NCBI GenBank assembly: GCA_018399715.1
Contig: JAGYNR010000001.1
Span: forward strand, 8,128 to 72,127
Length of the DNA stretch: 64,000 nt
DNA from: Desulfobacterales bacterium
GTDB lineage: Bacteria > Desulfobacterota > Desulfobacteria > Desulfobacterales > SKZT01
Direction: 5' to 3'
The notes beneath the pieces were generated by a model. The model saw only the letters and a list, made by a program, of their open reading frames with translations. It did not search any database and had not been told where the DNA came from. A program made the position numbers and the translations under genes. Position 1 is the stretch's first letter. Every line of letters begins with the position of its first letter. This document shows, piece after piece, positions 1 through 10,700 of the stretch.

Positions 1-1
1 A

Positions 2-670
2 CCACCTGCATTACCTGAAATTCCGATGAGTACGCCCGATACTTCCAAGCCATCCGCTGTTGTCTCCAAACCGAACATGCGGTCCGAAATCCCGGTAACG
101 CCGGAAGTTAAGCAACAACCCGAACCGCTACAAAAAGAAAAAATGCGGCCTGAATTTAAACCCCAAGTTCAATCTCCGGATCAGTCGTCTCAAAAGGATC
201 AACCCAAGGCTAAAGAACCAGAAAAAAAGCCGAAAAGAAGGGTGACTTCCGGTATGCGTGGGATCCGGCTCGAATTTGAAAACCTGGAAGCTATCATGAA
301 CCTGATTCGTAAAAATCGACTGGCGGTTTATGGACGGGCAAAAGCCACCGGGTTTGACCTGATTTTTCTGGGCATACCCATGGGCGATGCCATTCGCTTT
401 AAAACCGCCCGAAAAATCCCCCGTGAGATGTGGGAAATCAAGGAGGGGCCCGCCAGGCGATATTTCGTTGACCTGATGGAAAACAGCTTTCCATCCATAC
501 GGACATTTCCGGAAAAAAACATACAGGTGGCTTTTTTGGATGAAACACTTGATCAGCAGGTTCTTCAAAAATTGACCCGTCTCCGGGAAAATAATCAAAA
601 CGGGATTTTATCCGTTACGGCAAATGGCGATCTGATCTTTAACGATCAAGGGCTATTGGACTCGCCTTAA
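2..670 (+). CDS. hypothetical protein, 5' end probably outside the window (Pro/Lys/Glu-rich low-complexity part followed by a globular C-terminal part)
   Basis: ORF 26-670. The same frame stays open back to nt 2 (PPALPEIP precedes the first Met). No family motif recognised. Confidence 0.45.
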   Translation, partial: PPALPEIPMSTPDTSKPSAVVSKPNMRSEIPVTPEVKQQPEPLQKEKMRPEFKPQVQSPDQSSQKDQPKAKEPEKKPKRRVTSGMRGIRLEFENLEAIMNLIRKNRLAVYGRAKATGFDLIFLGIPMGDAIRFKTARKIPREMWEIKEGPARRYFVDLMENSFPSIRTFPEKNIQVAFLDETLDQQVLQKLTRLRENNQNGILSVTANGDLIFNDQGLLDSP

Positions 671-713
671 TGCCGGCAGCCGGGGTAATGAAAATGATTA
701 AGAATGCATCTTC

Positions 714-1194
714 CTATGTATTCACGGGCAAGGCTAACGCCTTGGCCCGTGGCACCCCGTTACCACTGAGGTGATGAAAATTATTTCGAAATTGGCCTGA
801 AAATTCAGGCATTTTTCATATCTCCACAAAAGTAGTTTACGCTTTTTGGATGGAACTTTTGATAAACGAGGATTGGCTTCAGAAAGTGCAAAGTACTTGT
901 GAAGAATGCCAAAATTCATCTAAATTTTTGTTCCGTTGAAAGGTTTCAGCATGGGTACCACGGGCCAAGGCGTTAGCCTTGCCCGTGTGTGCCCGACAGA
1001 TAGAAGCTCTGCACGGACAAGCTTCGCTTCGGCCGTGGCACCCTATAATCTAAATTTAAGTGTTAAAAATTTTAAATCATGGAGTAAAACTGCTATGAAA
1101 ACTCAAAGCAATTTTGGGATAATTTTTATCACCCCAGGCACTATGTATTCACGGGCAAGGCTAACGCCTTGGCCCGTGGCACCCTATTACCACT
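714..1194. repeat. Repeat family A, expanded composite copy. A 364-bp MITE-like core (770-1133) is flanked by 54-bp direct repeats (714-767 and 1141-1194, 52/54 identical).
   Basis: Core termini GGTGATGAAAATTAT (770-784) and ATAATTTTTATCACC (1119-1133) are inverted repeats. The internal GC-rich hairpin CACGGGC..GCCCGTGGCACCC occurs three times. Homologous copies lie at 3540-3823 and 53042-53242. Confidence 0.8.
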
Positions 1195-1268
1195 ATTTTG
1201 AATTACATCAGCAATAATAATGCCGGCTTAGATATACTAAAAAATTTTGGCAAAAAAGGAGTCACGTC

Positions 1269-2102
1269 ATGATAAATCAGCATCAAACTCATCGGAGCTT
1301 TTGTTGCCATTTCATAGGTCTTAGCATGATACTATTTGTTATGATATTGCCTGCGTTTGCAGCCAATGTTCCGGATGTTGACATTCAAAATGATCTGGAA
1401 CGAATTTTTGCCCAAGAGTTATCGGTTAAGGGCTATCCTTTTCAACACCTCATGCAGAAAGCCGCTGATCGTTACCAATTGCCACTTCCGTATGTGCTGG
1501 CAGTAGCCCGTGGTGAATCGTTTTTTGATCCGAATGCCAAAAGCTCAAAGGGGGCTATCGGCATTATGCAGGTGATGCCCTCAACAGCAAAAGGGGAGTA
1601 TAATATTTCAAAGCAGGACTTACTGGATCCGGCAATCAATATCGATGTAGGGGTGCACTATCTGGCCGATCAGTATAAGCGTTTCAAGGATCCCTATCTG
1701 GCACTGGCCGCCTACTACTGCGGATGCGGCGGTATCGATTTAGACAACGGAACCGTTCGGGAGGATTGCAATGAGTACGTACGATACATTCACCAGCATT
1801 TAAGCACCATTATCGCTCAGGCGGAAGGTAAAATTCCTGTCCCCCGGGGCAAATTGCAAAAATTGCTGATCACCCGTTTTGATAATTATCTGGATGCCCG
1901 TCATTTTCTTGAATTTGTCAATCCCCAGTTGAAAAATCTGAAGCTTGACATATTTCGTACTGAAGTACAGATGAGAGATCACTTACGATTTCAATACCAA
2001 ATCATTGCGGCCCATGGTGATGAGATCAGCCGGGAAGCAATATGCAAACAGATCGAGGATGTTACGGGATTTTCGATGTGCAAAATGAAAAATAAATTAT
2101 AA
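1269..2102 (+). CDS. lytic transglycosylase (SLT domain), secreted
   Basis: N-terminal signal/TM segment. SLT catalytic block AVARGESFFDPNAKSSKGAIGIMQVMPSTA and the downstream AAYYCG motif. Confidence 0.8.
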   Translation: MINQHQTHRSFCCHFIGLSMILFVMILPAFAANVPDVDIQNDLERIFAQELSVKGYPFQHLMQKAADRYQLPLPYVLAVARGESFFDPNAKSSKGAIGIMQVMPSTAKGEYNISKQDLLDPAINIDVGVHYLADQYKRFKDPYLALAAYYCGCGGIDLDNGTVREDCNEYVRYIHQHLSTIIAQAEGKIPVPRGKLQKLLITRFDNYLDARHFLEFVNPQLKNLKLDIFRTEVQMRDHLRFQYQIIAAHGDEISREAICKQIEDVTGFSMCKMKNKL

Positions 2103-2145
2103 AAACAGAACATCTTATCAAAAATTTCGAAAGGGAGATGCTCCC

Positions 2146-3534
2146 ATGAAACAATCGGTTAAATATTTATTTATTTGTTTCGGTATAATAATTCTAAACG
2201 TCGGCTGTGCCACCACAAACAAAAATACACGGGAAAACAGGATGCCCGGATGGGTGAAATTACCCCAAATGGTTTCGGAGAGCTTTTCCTATCATATTAC
2301 AGACCCACAGGTCCGAAAGGTGTTGATGAGTATCGAAACCAAATCACTGGGACCGTCCAATCGTTTGGAAATCAAGCTGTTGCAGCAGTTAGCTTCAATT
2401 GATAACCCGGATGCCATGGGAAATGCATTTGATCAGGTCTGGGAAACCGAAAAGTCACTGCGGGAAATTTTTCAGCAAAACGATCCCCCGGCTGCCTTTA
2501 TCCCTTCCCTGGCATTGTCCTATTTTATGCTAACCTATGATGATACTTACGATTGGCGCGACCAGACAGCCGAAACGCTTTATAATCGCACGCTTCAGGA
2601 AATAAAACCCAACCGGCTCAGTGGTTATCCACTGCATTACTATATCCTGGCACTTTTAAACAATGGAAATTTTGATACGGCATGGCTGTTTTTGAACCAG
2701 TTGAAAAAAATAACAACGCCGACCATTTATTTGAAAGACTTGAATATTGCCCTGGACTACGGCATGAAAAACAATGACGTTCATTTTATCACCCAAATTA
2801 TTCATCAAATGATTACCCATTGCCGGGAAAATGATTTAATACTGCCTGAAAAAAACATCACGGTAGCTCTGGAAAAATTGAAAACATCCGGCGGTTTAAA
2901 ACCGGTGGCTGAAGGCTTGTGCCATTATTTCGATCCCGAAACGTTAAAAGAATATGCTTTTTATCAGTACATTGCGCCTTTTGAGAAAATCGAGACACAG
3001 TTTCAGAGCCAAAAACTGCAACAACAGACGGCAACCAGCAAGCCTGAAAAACCGGAAACCCAAAAACCATTTTCTAAACCGGCTGTAATTGAAAAACCGT
3101 TGGTTACCCCAAAGACGCCGCCAAAATCTGAAATCTCAAAAATTAAATTGAGGGAAGATGCAGTGCATATTCGTGTGCAGACAATTTCCGCCAATAATAA
3201 GGCGAATTATGTTGATCCGGAACTGGGCGACATGGGTGTTCAACTTAAGGAATCTTTACAGATGTCTCAGGTTTATCTGAAAAACGAAAGTGCGTTTCTT
3301 CTGATACCCGGACGGCAGGAGACACTGACGATTGACAATTATCACGATGTCATTGTTTTATTAAAAACCGTTTCCGCCGGCAATGCCTGCATTGATGTTA
3401 CCATCCGAAAAGGCGCTGAAGAAATTTATAACACCGTAATCAATTCGGTGGATAATGGGGAAACAATTATCGGCGGTCCGAAAATTGATGATGATAGCTT
3501 GATATTGCGCATTACTACGTGGTTGAAAATATAA
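2146..3534 (+). CDS. hypothetical lipoprotein
   Basis: Signal peptide with lipobox (ILNVGC). Pro/Lys/Thr-rich linker. GGAG-type RBS upstream. No family recognised. Confidence 0.6.
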   Translation: MKQSVKYLFICFGIIILNVGCATTNKNTRENRMPGWVKLPQMVSESFSYHITDPQVRKVLMSIETKSLGPSNRLEIKLLQQLASIDNPDAMGNAFDQVWETEKSLREIFQQNDPPAAFIPSLALSYFMLTYDDTYDWRDQTAETLYNRTLQEIKPNRLSGYPLHYYILALLNNGNFDTAWLFLNQLKKITTPTIYLKDLNIALDYGMKNNDVHFITQIIHQMITHCRENDLILPEKNITVALEKLKTSGGLKPVAEGLCHYFDPETLKEYAFYQYIAPFEKIETQFQSQKLQQQTATSKPEKPETQKPFSKPAVIEKPLVTPKTPPKSEISKIKLREDAVHIRVQTISANNKANYVDPELGDMGVQLKESLQMSQVYLKNESAFLLIPGRQETLTIDNYHDVIVLLKTVSAGNACIDVTIRKGAEEIYNTVINSVDNGETIIGGPKIDDDSLILRITTWLKI

Positions 3535-3539
3535 TAAAA

Positions 3540-3823
3540 GGTTTCAGCTATGGTGATGAAAATTATCCCAAAATTGCTTTGAGTTTTCATAGCCGTTTTA
3601 TTCCAGGATTTAAAATTTTTAACACATAAGTTTAGATGATAGGGTGCCACGGGCGAAGCGAAGCTTGCCCGTGTAGAGCTTCTATCTGTAGGGCACACAC
3701 GGGCAAGGCCAACGCCTTAGCCCGTGGCACCCATATTGAAACCTGAAAACTTTCTTCGGAACAAAAATTCGGATGAATTTATAGGCTAATTTCAAAACAA
3801 TTTTCATCACCATAGGCGGCACC
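3540..3823. repeat. Repeat family A, nested MITE-like copy in inverted orientation relative to 770-1133
   Basis: Outer TIRs are CTATGGTGATGAAAATT (3548-3564) and its reverse complement (3800-3816). The inner 204-bp module (3540-3743) has TIRs GGTTTCA-NN-ATGG. It is about 90% identical to 938-1133. Confidence 0.8.
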
Positions 3824-3839
3824 TTTATTATTTAATGCC

Positions 3840-4451
3840 CTATTTATCTGAAAGGTCTCTTTCTATCTTTTGAATAATCGCATATTCTTCGGCTGCCGCT
3901 TTGGCAAATTCCTTATCTAACTCAATGACCCGAATAAACTGTTTCCTGGCATCATCAAAGCAAAACGAAAATTTGTAGGCAAGCCCCATGTAAAAAAAAG
4001 GCTCCGGTGCTTCAGGATCTATGAGAACAGCCTTGTGAAATTGCTCTTCGATCTTTTTCAGCCAGTGTTGACTGATCTCCTCTCTTCCCATGAGATATAA
4101 TCGCATAAAACCGATATGGATCATAAGATGTTGTTCATCATTTCTGGCATATAAACCGGCGGCAGACATCTTTTTCATCGCCGTATCATAGACGGATTTA
4201 AACCCGTAAACCAATCCAAGTCCCACGTATGCCGGCGCATATTGGGGGTCAAGTTCCAAAGCCCGCGAAAATTCTGCTAATGGTGCTTCAACTTTGCCTG
4301 CCTCCAACAATTTCATTCCATTTAAAACATGACGGGAAGCTGTATCCAATTTGACATCAGCGGCACGTCTTAAATCACTACAACCAATTAAAATCACAAC
4401 CAAAAATATATACCACAACCATCGAATCTGTTCTCTCATTTTTTTCCTCAA
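3840..4451 (-). CDS. TPR-repeat lipoprotein
   Basis: Lipobox LIGCSD. TPR-like helices (ALELDPQYAPAYVGLGLVY, AVLIDPEAPEPFFYMGLAY). Confidence 0.65.
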   Translation of the reverse strand: MRKKMREQIRWLWYIFLVVILIGCSDLRRAADVKLDTASRHVLNGMKLLEAGKVEAPLAEFSRALELDPQYAPAYVGLGLVYGFKSVYDTAMKKMSAAGLYARNDEQHLMIHIGFMRLYLMGREEISQHWLKKIEEQFHKAVLIDPEAPEPFFYMGLAYKFSFCFDDARKQFIRVIELDKEFAKAAAEEYAIIQKIERDLSDK

Positions 4452-4514
4452 TATTGCTGAAATCGTTCCATCTGAGAAGATTAAAATGATACGTTAAGCC
4501 AATGGCCTCGGCCC

Positions 4515-5387
4515 TTAATCCAGCACAATCATCACCCGACATTTTCTCATAAAAGCAAGATTATCCGAAGAACTCCATATTTTGGAAGCATCTGCATTTG
4601 AAATGATAATATCGGTAAGTGCCGGTCCGTTGGTCCTGAGTCCTTTGACCCTTAAGGGGTTATCGGCGACGCGTTCATTTTGTAACGCCGATTGAAGGTT
4701 ACGACTATAACCACACATGCCATCCTGTACTGCAAATTCGCGGCTGACATAAGCTGTGCCGTATACCTCCCGGCCTCTTTCATCCAGAACCATAGGGGCC
4801 ATTGTCGGCACTGCATCCAATCCAATGGCATTTACCACCAGTCCTGTATACTTATTCTTACCGTTTTTCATATTCACGTCAGATTCCTGAGAACACAATA
4901 CGGTTGCTTTTTTTTCCATAATCGGTTTGATGGAATCAAGCTGGGTAATCTCATCAGGTAGAATCATCTGAGCAAAACCACCATATAACGGCATTTCAAT
5001 AGTGACCTCAACCGTACCATCCGACAAATATTCTTGTTTTACGACCTCTGCCTCATTAACCATGGCTTTTAACTTAACAGTTAACTTTGTATTGGAAAAT
5101 GCAAGTTCTTCAACTGATCCCGTTGCAGTCACCCGAACCTGATAAATTATTGTTAACAAGTTTTCCCTGGCGGTTTTTGTCGCTTTTTTCTGTGCTAACC
5201 GCCGCGCATCATCTTCACTATAATTATGTATAGGGAGTGATCCCACGCCTTTTGACTGAATGATCCATCTTGTCCAGTTAATACTTCCCACATCAAAGTG
5301 TTGTATATACTCATGAGATTCGTTGCCTGATGAAGGCACACAAAAAAGCAGTGAAATTATCCATGCTATTATCCATGATCGTTTCAT
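4515..5387 (-). CDS. secreted LPP20-like protein (hypothetical)
   Basis: Start moved to MKRSW (ATG 5385-5387), which is preceded by a GGAGG SD. Signal peptide present. The middle region resembles LPP20-type lipoproteins. Weak call. Confidence 0.45.
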   Translation of the reverse strand: MKRSWIIAWIISLLFCVPSSGNESHEYIQHFDVGSINWTRWIIQSKGVGSLPIHNYSEDDARRLAQKKATKTARENLLTIIYQVRVTATGSVEELAFSNTKLTVKLKAMVNEAEVVKQEYLSDGTVEVTIEMPLYGGFAQMILPDEITQLDSIKPIMEKKATVLCSQESDVNMKNGKNKYTGLVVNAIGLDAVPTMAPMVLDERGREVYGTAYVSREFAVQDGMCGYSRNLQSALQNERVADNPLRVKGLRTNGPALTDIIISNADASKIWSSSDNLAFMRKCRVMIVLD

Positions 5388-5421
5388 GGAACCTCCGGTT
5401 GTATATGGTTGTTGATTCCCT

Positions 5422-6294
5422 TTATGTACAAAAAACAATAATTTTGGTTGCCAGTTTCGCTGCTGTATATTCCGAAGAGTAAAACCCTTTTATTTTAATC
5501 AACTCGGTAATATCGGCAGCCATAACGCTTTTGTTTTGTCCTACTTTTGCAATGAGCCTGACGACCTGACGATAGGTTAAACCACCGGGTTCCGGGGTAC
5601 CGGTTCCAGGTATAACAGATGGATCCAGACCGTCTAAATCCAAAGTGATATAGACATTAGCAGGAAGTTCTTCCAATACCTGTTCCATCCATTTATCATT
5701 GAATGAATCGAGGGTATGAGCATAAAATACCTTATAGTTTCTTTTTTGGATCAACGCTGCTTCTTCAGGAGAAAATGAACGGATTCCCACCTGAACAATC
5801 GGAACATTAACATCGTCAACCAGGCGCCGCATAACACAGGCATGATTGTATTTGCTGCCGTTCCATTGATCTCTCAAATCCGCATGGGCGTCAATTTGTA
5901 ATACACCCATATTCGGCCATATTGCTTTGGCCGCCATTACCGGCCCTATGGTAATCGCATGGTCCCCTCCCAAACATAGGAGAAATTTACCGGCTTTTAG
6001 TACCTTCTGTGCGGCATCTCTCATTTGTGTTACAGCAATTTCCGGAGTTGTTGAGGGATACATAGGTGTGTGCGTATGAATCATCCGATTTGTCCAGTCG
6101 ATCAGGGTTTCTTCATCCAGCCTTTCCAACTGGCACGAGGCGTTAAGTATATGAATCGGCCCCTCCCGACTTCCTGCACCGTATGAAGGATTTTGTTCAT
6201 AACAAAAAGGAAGAACAACAATATGAGAATCTTCGAAAGATGGATGGATAACCTCATCTCCTCCGAAATGAATATAATTTTCGTTTCGGACCAT
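5422..6294 (-). CDS. speB: agmatinase (arginase/ureohydrolase family)
   Basis: Mn-binding motifs GGDHAIT, DAHADLR and LDLDGLDPS. It lies downstream of the arginine decarboxylase gene. Confidence 0.85.
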   Translation of the reverse strand: MVRNENYIHFGGDEVIHPSFEDSHIVVLPFCYEQNPSYGAGSREGPIHILNASCQLERLDEETLIDWTNRMIHTHTPMYPSTTPEIAVTQMRDAAQKVLKAGKFLLCLGGDHAITIGPVMAAKAIWPNMGVLQIDAHADLRDQWNGSKYNHACVMRRLVDDVNVPIVQVGIRSFSPEEAALIQKRNYKVFYAHTLDSFNDKWMEQVLEELPANVYITLDLDGLDPSVIPGTGTPEPGGLTYRQVVRLIAKVGQNKSVMAADITELIKIKGFYSSEYTAAKLATKIIVFCT

Positions 6295-6355
6295 GTTTTT
6301 GTTTTTCTACATCCGGCAAAAAAGATTTTTTCTTTAAAAAATAGTTTATTATTTT

Positions 6356-6498
6356 AGTGCCCGAACGAAAACTATGATTTTTCGTTAAGATCAAGGAAGA
6401 CAAAAATTTTAACCACAGACATACATTGAGTATTTCGAGGATTAAAATTTGAGTCTGACACAGATATTGGCGAAAAAGACAGTTTTCGTTCAGGCGCT
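6356..6498. repeat. Repeat family B, full MITE-like copy (143 bp) inside the pdaD-speB intergenic spacer
   Basis: TIRs are AGTGCCCGAACGAAAACT (6356-6373) and AGTTTTCGTTCAGGCGCT (6481-6498), matching 16/18 as reverse complements. A core hairpin spans 6405-6449. Related pieces lie at 25062, 40207, 40481 and 44507. Confidence 0.75.
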
Positions 6499-7048
6499 AT
6501 TTTACAAAAATAGCCGCCGCCAGCACCGTGGTCCAAAGATTTCCCTCAGGGCCCAGGGCAGCCTGGCTTGTGTGCCAGGATTCTACAATTTTACCGGACA
6601 TCTTATAAATATCCCGCCGTTCATCGTAATCTTTATCCGGATCAAAATCAATTCCCAATGTATTAGCAAGCATTGAAGCGGCCAGATCTTCCGCATATTC
6701 ACCCGCTTCCTTTTCAGTTTGCCCGAATGCATGATGTTCGGAAAGATATCCGTATTTTCCGCTCTCTGCCGGAAGCGCCAGTCCAATGCTGGCAACAATT
6801 CTTCTGCCCGGCTCATTGTTTTGCTGACGGGCCATTACACAATGTGTGATTTCTCCGGGCTCCAGCTTCGGCAATCCTGTTTCTATATCCGTGACTCTAC
6901 AGTGGGGAGGAAAAATCGATGAAACCATCACCAAGTTAAGATGAGCGATTTTGGCATCACGTAATGCATTTTCAAAAGACGCCAGTTTTTCTTTATGAAC
7001 ACCAACCCCTTTTGTAAAAAACATATACCTGGGTACATACATAATCAC
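6497..7048 (-). CDS. pdaD: pyruvoyl-dependent arginine decarboxylase
   Basis: N-terminus [44 protein letters not shown] is typical of PdaD, including the Ser-Ser self-cleavage region. Size is 183 aa. Confidence 0.85.
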   Translation of the reverse strand: MIMYVPRYMFFTKGVGVHKEKLASFENALRDAKIAHLNLVMVSSIFPPHCRVTDIETGLPKLEPGEITHCVMARQQNNEPGRRIVASIGLALPAESGKYGYLSEHHAFGQTEKEAGEYAEDLAASMLANTLGIDFDPDKDYDERRDIYKMSGKIVESWHTSQAALGPEGNLWTTVLAAAIFVK

Positions 7049-7151
7049 TTCCTCCTGTTTTGCATTTTTAAATATCTATAAACGGAGGAATATATATGAT
7101 GAACGGCATTCGTTACAACAATAATATTTCATCCCCTTAAAATAAAATTTA

Positions 7152-7769
7152 TTATCCTTCATTTTCATATAATCTATAGTAATCAATTACCTTTTGCACA
7201 TACCTTTGGGTTTCCGAATATGGTGGAATGCTTCCGTATCGATCTACGGCGGAGGGGCCTGCATTGTATGCCGCAAGAGATAGCAATATATCGCCGTTAT
7301 ATCGCTGGAGCATATTTTTTAGATACCGGGCACCCCCCATTATATTTTGCAATGGATCAAAAGGGTCATTGATAGACAATAAATTGAAATTTTGCGGCAT
7401 GATCTGCATTAAACCGATTGCGCCTTTTTTGGATATGGCATCACAATTAAAATTCGATTCAACCTTGATAATCGCTTTGATCAAATTGCAGGAAAGATTA
7501 TAGTGAGTAGACGCCTGAATAATATATTCATTGATTTTTTCAATATTAAAATAAGTTGAATCCGTACTTCCGATTTCTTCCAGGTACGGTTTATAATTTA
7601 AAGGCTTTCCTGCGGTTGCAACGGGTGTATTGGTAAAATGAACCACCCCGTCTTTGTCTACATATCTGAATATTTCCGCTCCCCCTGTTATGGGACTGCA
7701 AAAACTTAAAAAACATATCAGCAAAAAATAGTTTTTTGCGCTCAATACATTCATCCTTGAAATAATCAT
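7152..7769 (-). CDS. lytic transglycosylase (DUF4124-like N-terminus plus SLT domain)
   Basis: IFRYVDKDGVVHFTNTP (DUF4124-like). SLT block KVESNFNCDAISKKGAIGLMQIMP and AAYNAG. Confidence 0.8.
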   Translation of the reverse strand: MIISRMNVLSAKNYFLLICFLSFCSPITGGAEIFRYVDKDGVVHFTNTPVATAGKPLNYKPYLEEIGSTDSTYFNIEKINEYIIQASTHYNLSCNLIKAIIKVESNFNCDAISKKGAIGLMQIMPQNFNLLSINDPFDPLQNIMGGARYLKNMLQRYNGDILLSLAAYNAGPSAVDRYGSIPPYSETQRYVQKVIDYYRLYENEG

Positions 7770-10700
7770 TAAAACATCTGAAGCTGAACCTGACTATTTT
7801 GGGTCTTGTTTTTTACATTCATTTTCTCGTAAAATCTCAGACATTGTTCGATTTGACCTACGAAAGGAGACAACTTTCTGTTTACAATTTTTCCATATAT
7901 CTGTCGTCTGTGAGACCAGGTTAAAAAAAGATACTCCATGGCCCGGGTCATGGCTACATAAAAAAGGCGGCGTTCCTCATCTATATCCTGGCAAATACCG
8001 GCATCATGGTTATATGGAATCAACTCATCTTCGCAACCCGCTATAAATACTACCGGAAACTCTAATCCCTTAGACGCATGCATTGTCATCAATGCAACTC
8101 TTTCGGCTTTTGGGATATAAACATCAGGATCGGTCTGTAATGCTGCCATAGACAAAAATTTACAAATATTCTGACCAAACTCCATGGAAAAATCAAGAAT
8201 TTTATTCAACGCTTTTTGGGAGGAATCATTGGTATTTTCCAGAGATCTGCTGATATAATGGTCAACCAGTATTTCTAATTTTTTACGGACAGTCACAGCA
8301 TCTTTGCACTTTTCTTTCATCCGTTGTATATCGGCCATGGTAAAGGTGACCAACTTCTTCCGGTCTGGTAAGGTCGCCATATTTTCGACTATTCGTAGCA
8401 TTGAAATGACTTCAACGACACTTTTCGTGCTAAAAACATGTTTTTTGGCCACCAGTTGATAAGGAATTCCTCGTCGCCTGAAAGCATCCGCTAACACTTC
8501 TCCTTGTTTTCGTGTTCTGAAAAGAACAGCAAAATCAGAAAAACCTTTATCCCGATGTTCATTGCTAACCTGAATTCTTCCGGAATCGATACTATAAAAA
8601 TCTGCTCCGCCCATAAGTTTTTCCACCTGCCGGGCGATAGTTTCCGCTTCGGCTTTTTCAGAGATGGTTTCAATGATCCTGACAGTTGATATACTTTTTA
8701 TGGTAGAAAAAAGTTGTTCAGATGAAAATTCTGATCTTGATTTTTCAATAACCTGGTAAGATGCCTTTAAAATCGTTTGGGAAGACCGGTAGTTTCTTTT
8801 AAGACGGATAATTTCGGCATCCGGATAATCATTCAGCAATTGTTGAAAATACATAATATCCGAACCTCTGAATCCATATATTGCCTGGTCGGGATCACCA
8901 ATAACGCAAAGCTTAGAACTTTCATCAGCTAGTAAATTCTTTGTCTCACCCGGTACCATTGCCTTGATAAACCGGTACTGGGCCTTATTCAAATCCTGAT
9001 ATTCATCCACAAAAATATACTGAAATTGATCCTGATACGTTTTCAAAAAAGCAGAATCGGACTCAAAGCGCTTAACCACGTTGGTGATCAAGTCTTCAAA
9101 ATCCCAAAGTTTTTCGGATGCTAACCGTTTCTGATAAACATCAAAAACGGTTTTAATGACATCTCCGGTAAATTGGGCGGGGAACTCAATATTTTGTTTT
9201 GCCGCTACAATTTTATCCAATATGACCTGCGGTTTCTCTTTAATATGAATTCCCTCGGACAACAAGCCGTTGATCGCTTCCTGAACATAAAATATCCGAT
9301 CCTCATCATTTAAAACCGAAAAACCTTCATATTCGGGTAATTTTTGTAACATATGGATACAAACCGAATGAAAGGTTCCTACAAACGGCAGTTGTTTTAC
9401 ATTATTTCCCAATAAACGGGTAAGGCGATCTTTCATTTCAGAGGCGGCTTTATTTGTAAACGTTACCGCCAGGATTTTTTCCGGTATCACCTGTTTTTCC
9501 CGGATCAAATGGACAATTTTGTACGTTAAGGTTCTTGTTTTTCCGGTTCCGGGTCCGGCTACAATCAAAAGAACCCTTCCCAAATGATAAACGGCATGAC
9601 GCTGCTCTTCATTAAGGCATTCGGTTTTTCTGTTTTCGGAATCTTTCCCGGTATGTTTTTTCATGGGTTTTGCCGGAGACGTTTTTGGGAGGAATATTTC
9701 CGGTTCATCTGTTTTTCGTGTTACGCGGTTTTCTTTTTGAACAAAGATATCATCCTGGGAGAATACAAAAAGAGATTTTTGGGCAGTGAGTATCTCGCGT
9801 TCCCCGTCTTTAAAAATTTTTACTTTTCCGTATTCTCCGTCATAACCAGGATGTATAAAAACTTTGTTTTCCCGCATACGCTCTACTGCTACTTTTAACA
9901 GCGGAACATTGATGTTATCCAAAGCTTCAGACGGTATCTGATATAAAACTTTAAGTTCGGGTCCGCCTTTGGAAATAACGACGTGATATGCCTCTTCAAC
10001 TTTTTTGCTTTTTGGTCCGACCCGGAAGATTTCTGAAAGGATATCAACAAGCGGAACAATACTGATATAGGTATTTGAATATTTCGGTTTGATACCCTCA
10101 CAACGGTCAGACAACGCATTGATCCGGTAAAGCACGCCGAGTGTCAAAGGTTTTCCGCACACCGGGCAAATGCCATTATTAAGACAGGTTTGTTCGGGAT
10201 TAAAACAGATGCCGCATTTACGATGTCCGTCATAATGATATTTACCTTCTTGGGGATAAAATTCAAGGGTTCCTATAAACTTTTCAGGATCACCCGTCTT
10301 CATGGCATCAATGATGGAAAAATAATCTAAACCTGTATTGAACAAGTTAGCTTCTCTTCCCAAATTTGCCGGTGAATGGGCATCGGAATTGGAGACCAGC
10401 GTTAAATTATCGAGACTTGATATTCTCCAGTTCATCGCAGGATCGGATGACAGACCGGTTTCAACAGCGGTTATATAAGATGTCAAATCTTCAAAACACT
10501 CCCGGATAGAATCAAAACCTGATTTGGAACCTAATACAGAAAACCAGGGTGTCCAGATATGGGCAGGGATGAAAAAACCATGCTCAGATGTATCCAGCAT
10601 TATTTCCAGTAAATCTCTTGAGTCTAATCCCAATATGGGTCTTCCATCTGAGGCAATGTTTCCGATAGCTGAAAGTTTCGCAGAAAAATCAGAAACCGCT

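Noticed and set aside
936-1217. A 'conserved' small ORF (…GQGVSLARVCPTDRSS…NFKSW.KTAMKTQSNFGIIFIT) appears in all three family A repeat copies (936-1217 +, 3426-3698 -, 52994-53332 -).
   Set aside because: The similarity is simply ~90% nucleotide identity of the repeat. In the 3540-3743 copy the same frame contains a TAA (GGC TAA GGC), the starts differ, no RBS is present, and the sequence is dominated by hairpins. I treat these as spurious ORFs inside a repeat.
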